DNA of 64,000 nucleotides from Phoronis australis (lineage: Eukaryota > Animalia > Phoronida), in contig NMRA01000344.1 in NCBI GenBank assembly GCA_002633005.1, positions 62,001 to 126,000 of the forward strand. Direction: 5' to 3'. The notes beneath the pieces are model-generated. The model saw nothing but the letters and a program-made list of their open reading frames with translations. It was not told the DNA's origin and searched no databases. A program made the translations under genes and the position numbers. This document shows positions 26,001 through 37,900 of this stretch, piece by piece. Within the stretch, counting starts at the first letter, position 1. Every line of letters starts with the position of its first letter.

Positions 26001-28885
26001 AAGTCGGGTTCCCCTTCCACAGACCGTCAGGGCAAAGGTTGTACAGTAACAATGATTTGAATAATGTATTTGTTTTAGTTTCATATAAGCATTGATTAGG
26101 ATGAGAATACTTCATTTTGAATAATAAACCTCTACATGGCAACTCGCCCGGCGCCCATCCCGACTTAGTCAAGAGCTCATCCGACGAAGACTTCACCGGT
26201 CGGATCGTTAGGTTTCACAGGTTATCAGTTCAAACCGGAATACACTGACCCAGAAATACTAGAGAGACGCTGTGAACATGCACAGGCAACGGAACGTATG
26301 GATATTTCTGGTAAGCTGGAATTTGTCAGAGAAATCCCTGTCGACGAAGCGGCCACAGACACGGAGATGTTTCAAGGCCTCATACTTGCTATTAACAGCT
26401 TAGGCCTACCTTTCAGTCTTCACTACCGCTAGCCACTTCCTAAGCATCTCTGGCTCTCGAGGAAGTCGAAAAAACGATATACCCGCTTTTTTCGCAGCTT
26501 CATACTTCGGACAAGCGGGAACGATGCACCTCAATATAGCGGCATTCACTCTGCAGACGAACCACTGATGTCGCTGCGTCGTTTCTCACCTCACAGGTTA
26601 CGCGACACCTCTCGGCAAGGTGAGGTCGACCGTATAAGAGGCGATGTGGATATAGACAGATTAAGACGGTAAAAAGGACTAATTAAATCGGGTGTCATTC
26701 TCCTTTAAAACATGTTTGACAACAGTGCCCCGGTGAAGCATGAATACAGTTTTGAGCCTGAGTATACATGATATTGAGCCTGAGTATACGTGATATTGAG
26801 CCTGAGTATACATGATATTGAGCCTGACTATACATAATATTGAGCCTGAGTATACATGATATTGAGCCTGAGTATACATGATATTGAGCCTGACTATACA
26901 TAATATTGAGCCTGAGTATACATGATATTGAGCCTGAGTATACATGTTATTGAGCCTGAGTATACATGAAATTGAAGACTTTATACTTCTGCTTCAGACC
27001 CTGTACCCTTACAAAATCTGCTTCAAACTATTCACTACTCTTATAAGAGATAGTTTGTGGGCTTGGAAAATGCTAAATATAGACCAGGTACCCGTTCCAA
27101 CAAAACTGACTTAGCTAAGGCAAATATAAGATTTTTGTAAATTTTAAATTAAAAACTAAATTTGTCTCAAAACCAATCCAAGAAAGAAACCTTAAGTTTG
27201 ACTTAAGTGTTTGACATAAGTTTTACAGAATGTGGAAATTTCAAAGTTGGTAAGTTAGGACAAATCTTAAACTTAAGTCAATAATGAACTTAAGTCAGTT
27301 TCTTGGAACAGGCCAAAGTATTAAAGCTGTAGGTGTTTAGAACATGAACAAAAAGACTGGTACTACAGCTTTAAGTGATTAAGAGTGATTCCATATAAAA
27401 ACCAACTGGTAGAGTATATACCCACAATTACAGATTATTTTGAGACTTAGCACATGAGTTTGGTTTGGTGAGATATAAAAAATTCGCTTTTTAAGAATTC
27501 CCGTCCATTATTTCTCTTTTTATGGCACGTACATCCATTTCACAACAAGATTGGGCGCCGAAGTAGACACATTTGAATGCATTTTACTGGCATATATAGC
27601 TAACTGATAACAAATAAGTTACACTTTTAAAGGACTATGATTGAATAATTCACTGGCATATCTTTCAAAATTAACTTTCAAATATGTATGCTTTGATTTT
27701 GTGTGACAATAACGGCTATTCTGCAGGTTTTCAAGGAAGCCATGTTCGGCCAACTTTGGCAGCCATATTGCACCTTTTCAAATACTGGCCTTGTAATTAT
27801 TTGTTTAGCAATTCCTAATCTCTTCATAATCTAAAATAAAAAATCTTGGTTTTTATATGGAATGCCTCCTAATAGATAAACGTATATACCGTTATTACAA
27901 CTGTAACTGATTAAAACATGAAGTTTATTTAATGGAAAGTGGGTTTGGAACAGCTTCTATGAGTCAAAAATTAGATTTTTCTTCAACACTCGTGTTCGAC
28001 ATCATTTAGCGGAAGATCTCCAATTATTCCGGAGCTTCTTTGAGTTACGTCCTAAAAAATTAACCGCTAATTGTCCACATATATAGATCAGTCAAACCAT
28101 TTTGTAGCTATTCTACAAGAACATTCCCACCTTGCCATCCCCACACACTGTGCCATCTGGTGCCATGCCTCGGTCGAACTTTATAAGATCGCTATAGTAA
28201 AACACAGTCTTTGTGCACTGGGCTTGGGACGTAGCGCTTTGGTGGTAACTGGTGTTATGGAGACCGTCGTCCGACCACGTGAAATTTGTTGTATTACCCA
28301 AGTAACAGTGGAGCCGACCACAGCCAACATTGCTATGAACAACACACCACGCAGTGTCTGTTATAATGGTGTAATACTGTTAGACATCGTTGGGCTATTA
28401 CATCATGGTAATAGATGATGACATGTGTCAAAACAACCCAGAATTCAAGGCGAGAAGAACGAGATTTCACTGGAAGAGTCAACTCAAGTTTATCGAATAG
28501 ATGGGGATAATTTAGGGGCTAAAACATTTTTAATGGTTTTGGCTTCAAAGCGTCGAGAAAGGACGGGCTGATTAAAAACGTGACCAGTTGAAGTAACCCC
28601 TTGGTTGATCACGTTAAATCAAAGATTTTTTTTTCAAAATGCCTGAATTACCTCTAAAATGCACCGGTTGCTTACCATTTTGTTAAACCCTATTAGATTT
28701 TTTCATGCTTTCTAATGCTGCAAAATAAGCCATTGACTGAGAGGATTTTAGTTCTTGTTTTTGTATCATTTGTTAACTCAAACAAACCGGACTTAATGTA
28801 AAGACGCTGTGCTTCATATCCACGTTTCAATATTACTCGATATCATCCTGAGGATTATAACCACTACAAAACTGCTTATTTTTAT

Positions 28886-28932
<47 letters not shown>

Positions 28933-31900
28933 TTATCCCACATGCATAGGAATACAACTGCCATATCCTATCGAGAATTCACTTCATCTGGGAATGTCCC
29001 AACGAGACCGAAGGTCGAGTCGCAGCAGTATACCTATGTTGTGGGATAACCTTTTTATCCCATATATTTGGACTTATTTGCATCATCGTGGCAATACCAT
29101 GTTGCCGGCTTGATGTTGTATGACGTCGTATGTATGTCAAGTACGTTACCAAAACTAAGACAATCTTTGAGTGTTGAATAACCAGTAAAGTTTTATTTCG
29201 CAATAAATTCATCAGAATTTTTAGATTCTGAAATATACAAGTTAAAGCATTGAAACATTCAATTAAACAATAGTTTGTCGGAAACTTAGAAACAATCCAT
29301 CCGGGAATATAAAAATTGAAACATTCCCTGAACAACAGACAATAGTACATGGACCGAATGGACGAAATCTGTGCTGTTTCGCTAGCGTCACGTGGCAAAA
29401 TTATCTGGTGATATTTCCGGCCAGTACGTACGTCTGCTACTCATGATCAGTTGCTGTGTGGCCGGGTGGCAAACGTGACCCAGTCGCAAAATAACCTTTT
29501 TTATTCTCGCGACATCTAGCGCCTAGATAGCTTATTACCTATTGTAGCTTTGATTTCTTTCTGATTCCGCATTTGGTGGTGCAGAAACAGACTGCGATTG
29601 AAAGCGAATATAAAAGCGATATTTACCTGCCTTGTGTCTTCTATTACAAAATTACTGATTCCTTCTAGTTGTTAACGTGTTCAAGATTACAGTTGTAAAG
29701 GCTTAATTACATAGTAGTGCACAATTTGTCATTTTTCATTAGTTTGCAGCTTCGTGTTTAAAGGTCTAGAATAGACAATTGTTTTGTAACCTGGCTTAGA
29801 CTTAGTAACAGTTCGTTAGGTATTAGGCCTAATTTTCATATTATTCAAGTGTTCCAGTAACTCATAAATTTGGTCGTAGACTTCCAGACCTGCAACAAAT
29901 CATCAAATGAGAATGAGTCCATAGCATTATTACATTTCAATTGAAGTGTTTCTCTAGAACAAATTGCCTGCATCAATAAGATGTTACAATGTGCCAGAAC
30001 CGTTTCGATGTTGTGTCATGTCTTTCGCATCGCGTTGGCAATTGTAGTTATAGCCGAGTTTACCCAACCTCAGAGTATCGAACCGCAACTCTGATAAATA
30101 CCCTGATAAAACTGGCAAGTGTGCTAACCATTCAGCCAATGGGCAATTTCCCATCAGCGAGTGGCTAACAGAGACTCATACAATTCACTGGAAGTACGTT
30201 TACCACTCAACCATTAGATTTTGGCTATGGCTTGTATATATAGAAATGTATGTTTTTTGCATGTATATCTTCTTCTATGTATACCTCTCTGTAAATAATT
30301 CTCTAAACATGTATTTTCTATCTGTAAGTAGAACTTGTTGTAATGCCTCTTTTGTTGTATCCACCCACACCCTGATTTATAATATACACTTTACCTATAC
30401 CTACACTTACCAAGTCCGGGGTTTGTTGAAAAAACTAAATTGTGATTTAGGCCACTTATTGTCTACCCTTTGTTCCTGTAAGGAACTGGCAGTCTCTCAG
30501 CGATAACTGTACATGACTTAATTGGCCACAGTATTTTACAGTCCACACACAGTTTTCACTGAAGTTTTGATTACAGTGGACTATCGCTTGTAAAATTTAT
30601 TTAAGATTGGGTTTAAGATATGACTAGTTAACATTAGCACAAGTGATAGTTTCCGACAATGGGACTATATATAAATATTTACATGTATACGATATAGTAC
30701 AGTGCCAGGATAAGATGGCTCATCTACCAACACACATATGAGCACGGGTTTTAAGGCAATATCTGAGGGTTGTCGCAACTGTTACATTGACAGACTTTAT
30801 GAAGAATCCATTAGCAGGTGATTGAAAAACATTTTGTGTACTCATGCTTCTAGAAATATTTGGGAGACTTATATGTCTTATGTTTTGATAACAAATAGAA
30901 CAATAATCATTAGTTTTTTTTACTGTAGCTTGGAATACTTAATGGCTTTCACAGTCACGCTGTTGCAAATTTTGTTAAATGTTATTAGTTCGTCATAGAA
31001 GCCATTGATTCTATTACAAACACTTAACTTATTTATTCCAGGTAAAGGTGATCACAGATAGTATTTTCAAGTACGTCAAGAGCGACAGAACCATTAGCAT
31101 CGACTTGGAAGTATGTAGTGGACAATTTGTAAGTTTTTACTCGGATGGCAAGTTTAACACTACAGCAGTATTAAAGGTATATTTCATCCTGTATAAGTGG
31201 CTTAAAACCGGAAATTACATATTGCCTTTTACTTCAGTCTGTGCAACTTTGTCTTGTTAATATGGAACACTCTTTCCATTACAAGCAAGTTACATAAGAA
31301 AACTACCAGTAACTCTAGGAGTCATTCTTTATTAAAAGTATAAACTCACTGATCAACCAAATTCTTGGGTTTTGATTTTTTGATGTTCCTAGTTATGTTC
31401 TGTTACTAGCATAAAGCAGAACAAGTCAAAAGTTGAAGTCATTGATGAGATGTAAATGCTTGATTTCTTTTCAAAAGTTGACTGAAGTTTGTTAACACAG
31501 TGATTTCTCTTTTTTTCGTTGTTAGAGACATCTCAGGAAAGTGTGATGCAGTACTTCTTCATGCGGGGACGAATGACACAGTAAAGAGACACCGCCTGAT
31601 GACGACTGCACGCGACCATCAAGCATGGATCTACATTTGCATCGTCCCTTCTGCCCCGTTTGGATAAGTTAGAAGTTGAATTTAGTGACTGGTGCTCCGG
31701 AAAATACATTTATTTTGTCATCTATGTTACCATGTGGTCTTTGATGAAATATTCAATACCACAATGATATTTCTGTCTAAGAGAATGAACATTTTATTAC
31801 CGTCTACACAACAGCTAGTGCAACTTATCCCTATTTTAAGTAGAGGTACGGTGTTTCGGTGATAATTGGTCAATGCAGGAAATGCTGACTAATAACATAT

Positions 31901-34900
31901 ATAAGTGTTCGTTCATTTTACGGCTGACGGTCAGGTAAATTTGTGTTTGACCGAATGAATACCTGCTGGTGCTTTACTGCATATTGTGCCTATCCTTAAA
32001 CTTCTTACTTTCAATTAACTCCTTCATCTGGTGTGGGTTGTGCTACCGGGTATTCCTAATAACTGCATTATTCCATATACATGTGAGTGAGATCATGCAA
32101 CACAACATCAAATCAGATTCAAATTCTGGAAAGTATCATTTCACTGTAGATCCACATTCCACTTTATGTGCACAATCTCTAGTGAAATAAAATCACTACC
32201 AAGACATTTCTTGAAAACTTTGAAATCAACTTTGATGTGTGTACCCTATATGAAATGGAAGAGCAGATGTGTTAACTACAACTCAGTGTACACAATGACT
32301 TTCCTGTACAAAATCTTGTAACTTGACTGCTCTGGGTCTGCTTGCACAAATGCCTTATCCTAATCCTCATTTGATCTGAAATGTCCTTCTTCAAAGTGAA
32401 TTCAAGATAGGATATAGTTATTTTGTATCCATAAGTATGTATGATAACATATAATGTACTAGTGACCTACTGCCACATGCACCTGATCAATTCCTTACTT
32501 AGCTAGCTTCAATGACTTATTTTGCACAATCTCCATTGTAGTTCACCACGTTTTTCATAGGCAATTTGTCTTTTTGCTAGTGTTTCCTGAGGTATTCCCA
32601 CTCACACATTGTGTTTGTTTTGAATCGATTGTGTCATCTTGCTTAAATTGTGTGTCCTAGTTTGTATAGTCTGTTTCTTCACCTACATTTTAAAAGGCAT
32701 GCAGCTGCAGCATATACGTACAACACAGACCATCTGGAGTCACTGGATAGGAAGGTGACATTGACGGACGGCAACTTACACAACGTGGATTACACAGCAT
32801 GCTTCAATAGATACTGCTTTCGCCAACTTTTGTCTAGGTATTTCTTCTTATACCTTGAATTATATGAAAGTCCTGTGTGACTGCATAATATATATTGCAA
32901 ATTGTTTCGATGGGGAGAGCACTGGAATTTTTTGACTGTGTACGTTTTGGGATGCATTCCACAATTCATCATATTTTCCTTGGTTTTTACTTTGTGAGTA
33001 CTATGTATTTTTCCACCCAGTTGCTGTTCTAATGATTTGGAATAGTCTTTTTGTCTGCAGCTTCTCTTTGATGTTGACTATATTTTACAAAAGGCCTGCT
33101 TGGTACTAACACGTGAAAATGATGTGCTCTTTTCAAGTTTGAGATGCATCAATCTTGTTTGCATATCAATTGTGCTGTTAACCCATGTCGATACCAAACT
33201 TTTTGATTAGTGAACTGTTTTCTTCATCGGTTCTTGAAGGCCATTGTGACTGGAACTTTAAGGAACGGATGGAAAATGTTACATGTGGACAGATGATGAA
33301 TTTCCATCCATTGTCTTTTGAGAAGAATTCACTCACGCTTTCTACTTTCGGTCCTTCTGTGTTACTTCTGTGTTACAAACTAGCATTTCCGAACATGGAT
33401 ATACTGCAGATGCTCCAGTTAATAGAACTAATAAGGACATGGTGGGAATGTTGCTTCACATTAACACAGAAAAGACCTAATTTTACATCCCTGAAGAGTA
33501 TAACGTGCTACTTGTTGGTCACAATATTTGTAAATATCATTTGCGCACTAGCACTTGTCTGTCATTTATTGTTATAGGGAAACCATACTTTTTTAAACAT
33601 CAAAATGAGAGTCAAAATTGTAAAAAAAACCTGTAATGATTCAGTGCCAAACATGCTTTCCAAATTACACCATTCCGTTTTGCTAATGAGGGTAGCCTGA
33701 GCAAACGCATTCAGTCCAATCAAAAGAAGCGAAGATTTTGTGTATTGTTATAAAGAAGGTCAGACTGGAATGAATTGTATTTTCAAAAATTTCCAAAAAT
33801 GCTGTAACCATTTCAAAGAGCATTCCATCACATCTATATTTGAGGATAAAGATGCTTGTTTGTCTCATATATCTCACTTTCCAATTAAATAACTACAAGA
33901 CTTATCCAATTCCACGAAACCTGGTTTGGCAAATATTACCGTCAGAGTATAGGCCAAAAACAAGTCTGAAACATTTCTTCTTTTCCGTATGTAACTTAGA
34001 ATGTAAGGACCCAGATGAGGGAATTCAACCATCCATTCAATGTGACAGATGATACGACTGGTTTCACTTTAAATGTGAAAATGTTATTGAGGACAATTAC
34101 CTCCCTCTGACGGGGAATGGTTTTGTCTAGCGTGCGACTCCAGCATACAATCAAATGAATGACTTAAGATAATAATCACTTCAAAAACAAGACACTTATT
34201 CATTTGCTCAACTGTTAATGATTCTCAATGTTTAATTCAGTTTTAATATACATTCTGTAAAACATGCCTTGCCCAGTATTATATGGCTCAAATGCATCGT
34301 CCGTTTCTGATCATAGTCTTTAACTTACTATTGTAGGTATCCGTTTTGTACTTTTATAAACTTCAGTCATGGCAGCTAACAGTTATGATTAAAAGCTACA
34401 TAAAATTCTGGCTTCAATCTATCAGGCTTCAAATTTCAACATGGCAGTACATCTAGAGTTGCCGATTCAAATGACTCAAGAACTATAAAATGAACCTGGT
34501 GATGTTTTACACTCCAAAGGACTTGGGTTAAGAATTCAGGGTTTACCACTAAACACTGACAAATGTTGTTTAATAATTACCGTTTATCTACAAGTATTTC
34601 ACCAATCGTTGTAAAGCTTGGTTTTCAATTGATTACAGTACTTATTTTATTTTCAGATGGATAAGTTGTATTCTGTGTCAACAACTGTTCATATTTATTC
34701 TTTTCGCATCAGTTTAGATGCCAGTTTTTTTTCAAAGTGCTCAAATGATGACAGGTGTTGAGGGATGGGTTGCTTATTTGGAAGGTGGTTGTTTGTTTTC
34801 AGCAATCACTGCTGAATGCATAACTCAAAGCCCTCTTTTGCAACATACACAGAAGAAGGAAAAGAATGTTGTTCAATAAAAATAAGTTTAACTTTATTTG

Positions 34901-37900
34901 AGATGTCAGTCAGAGGGGCATTCAATTATAAGCTAAACCTATCCAATAACAAGCTACCATTGACTTGCCATTCTTTTAGTTGTGTGCATTTAATTATTTG
35001 TATTGCAAAACTATTTTTTTCTGAAAATGTACACTCTATAGTATAGCATTATTGTCTTTCTAAATAATAAAGTCTAATGTTTGTAAAATATGTATATCAA
35101 AATTGTATTTGTACTCAAGATGTTGCTACAGGTTGAAAATTGTGAGTTGCATATGGATAAGACACATGGTTAACAGTCAGATGTAGTGCATTTTGAGAAC
35201 TAGTTTCTACACTGAATAATAAGCATCAAACTGGTTCTCGAAAGTTAGATTATGCCACATTCGACTATAGTACACTATTCAGTGTGTTTGAGATTTTTAT
35301 TTCAAATTATTCAGTGATCATTTTTATTCTTCATCACTTGTTTAAGACTTCATTTGTTCTGCAGGTGTCTGCTTTGAATAAGTGTCATCAATGGTAACTT
35401 ATATTGTACGTCTAGGAATACAGATCCTTAAAGATTGTACTTATGTCTCATGAAATAATGTAAAATAAAATGAATCACCTGCAAACTAAAAATTCTATAT
35501 TTTTTCTCTCATACGATATTTTTTGTTACACTAAGTTTTATGGTGTTAAGAATGTTGAAATTTGCCTTCATTCTATTTTTGATTTTTAAAAGTCTTCATT
35601 GCACACCATTTAGCTGTAAGAAATGAAATGCGACCTCGTTTTACGCATATGAAATGTTCTTATAGTTTTTGCCATGATAGGATTACATTTCGATTACCAA
35701 CAAGAACTACCTCTTGACTAAAGAAACACCTTCAGAATTCATTGGAATTAGTACGGCCAGTTCCTTACATTTGCAAATTGGTTTATCTTCGCACTGCATG
35801 AGATTGGGGCGTTGAAAAATTCAAAATCTGATTGGATGAACATGTTATCTTCAAAAGCAAGTGCTGACAACCATGCATCGTCAAATAAAAAAACATCGGC
35901 TTTGTGACCGACTGTGTAAGACTGATGAATACATAGAGTGTGCATTTTCATACAAGCCAATTACTTGTGTCGTTTGTATTAGGCAAAATGCGAGGTATGT
36001 CATAAGCATAAAACTATATACTTGGAGTATGTTTGTTTATACCTTTACAAATTATCAAAGAATACAACTGCAGTGTAATTTGAAAACAAGACCTACCTCC
36101 AAAAGTGTTTAGTTCCTGTATAAAATACTCCTCCACTTTTGAAGGCTTGGGACATTCTATTAACGCGCATGTCATCAATTACGTTTTCAGGTCGCTAGGT
36201 GTCGCGAAAGTAAAAAAGGTTATTTTGCGACTGGGTCGCGTTTGCTGCCGGGTGTTCGGCCACACAGGCGAAATGCAACGGCGTTAGCTTCAATAGCGTA
36301 CGGAGACCCCATAATCGGCTGTGGGAGAAAAACCTTATGTCTTTTGCAAACGTTAATGAAAATAATACTTGATGTATATGTTCAAGACATTATGATGATG
36401 GATGTTATTTACTACCACTACTTACAGCTCACATATCCATTATTCTTTTCTCCTTTTTGATGAACATTACCTGGTAATTTTTTGACGAAAATTGCCCGCT
36501 AAATTCTTTCAAAAGATAGTGATTCACGAACTCCTGTCCTTATGAGGAACTTCTGCCATAGTCTAGTGTGCGACTTAACCAAATTAGCCGTCTTCGCTAG
36601 CACTAATAAGGCGGTTACTATCTCAGCACAATGCGCACATTTCGTCGGGATTTGAATCACCGATTTACGCGTCGGAATTTTCATCGATAAATCTTTTCTC
36701 TTTTTAAAGCAGTAAAACTGCTTTTTTAAGAACGATGTCTTTAATTAATGATTTAGGTAACCCAAATGATTGAGCCCAATGACGCGAATTAACTCCACCA
36801 ACCAGGGGCGGATCCAGGATTTCGAGTTACATGTACGGGCAAATCACAATCAAGGTCCATAATCGGTGGCCACTTTTGGTGAAAAATGAAGGATGTCATA
36901 TAACTGTAAAAGCTGGGTTATTTTAAAGTACCATCATTCCTGGTTTGTAATCTAAAATATTTTTGCACAAGAACCACCGAATAAAATTTTATGGCCTAAT
37001 GAATCACAGTATGTACAAAAAGGGTACGTACTCTACAACTTGTGGTCACAGCCAACTTCTACCATCAAAAATTCGTTAGGTAGCTGTTTATTAGTAAGTT
37101 CTTGATCAAATTGAAGAAGTATCATATACTAAAGTAAAAAACTTATTACCGTGCTGATCAAGTTGTTCTAGATTATGATACATTGCATGTCTTAGCACAG
37201 TATACTGAGAATTTCTTCTCTTGCAATATGATTCTTACACAAAGAAAATGACAGGTAATTACTTTTTTCAAAAACTTTATTCGTGCTATTTGCCTAGTTT
37301 TCAACACATTCACCAGTTGGTCAAAATAGTTAAAGCAATGTTAGGCCTAGTGTTCAACTTGCAAACAGTAAAAATGGTACTGGTTGGGGGTACGTACACT
37401 ACGCACAGTCAATCAACTTCAAATTTTGACTAAGTTACAAGTGTATGCGATGATCTTGAGTTTTTTGCTGCCTCTACTTGTTGTTTTGTTGCAAGTTGTC
37501 TTGAGAGATAGATAACCTACCTATGCAACATCAGTTGTCACATGACATGTCTTTTAGGATGTTACTAGCCAAGAACTGTGCGGCATTTTATTTCCCACAA
37601 ATTTGATAGTGTCCATTGTTTTTTTGTTTTGTCATACTGGGTGCATTTTGGAAATATCTGTATAGTTCATGAGAACAGCAGTATGCAAAAATACTTGTTG
37701 GCAATACTTTATAGCACAGAGGTTGGAGGTACGTACACTACACAGAGGTACGTACACTACATTTCAATGACTTGTCAGATTTATAAAAAGTACTCAGAAT
37801 CTACTGAGAGTAAAAGCTCACTTACCAAATCTATTCAAAGAGAACAAACAAATAGTACAGCATAAATGTGTATATCTGTCTGTCATTCTTTGAAAACAGG

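Larger units (their letters stand above)
28930..36335. mobile_element. ~7-kb unclassified element with terminal hairpin, ~70-bp subterminal inverted repeats and decayed genes
   Basis: Hairpin 28930-29052; inverted repeat 29454-29523 / 36190-36267 (gcaaacgtgacccagtcgcaaaataacctttttta...cgcgacatctagcg); outer boundaries inferred. Confidence 0.6.

Noticed and set aside
26679-26945. Repetitive ORFs and possible CRISPR-like array
   Set aside because: Units are contiguous with no unique spacers; eukaryotic intron; simple minisatellite.
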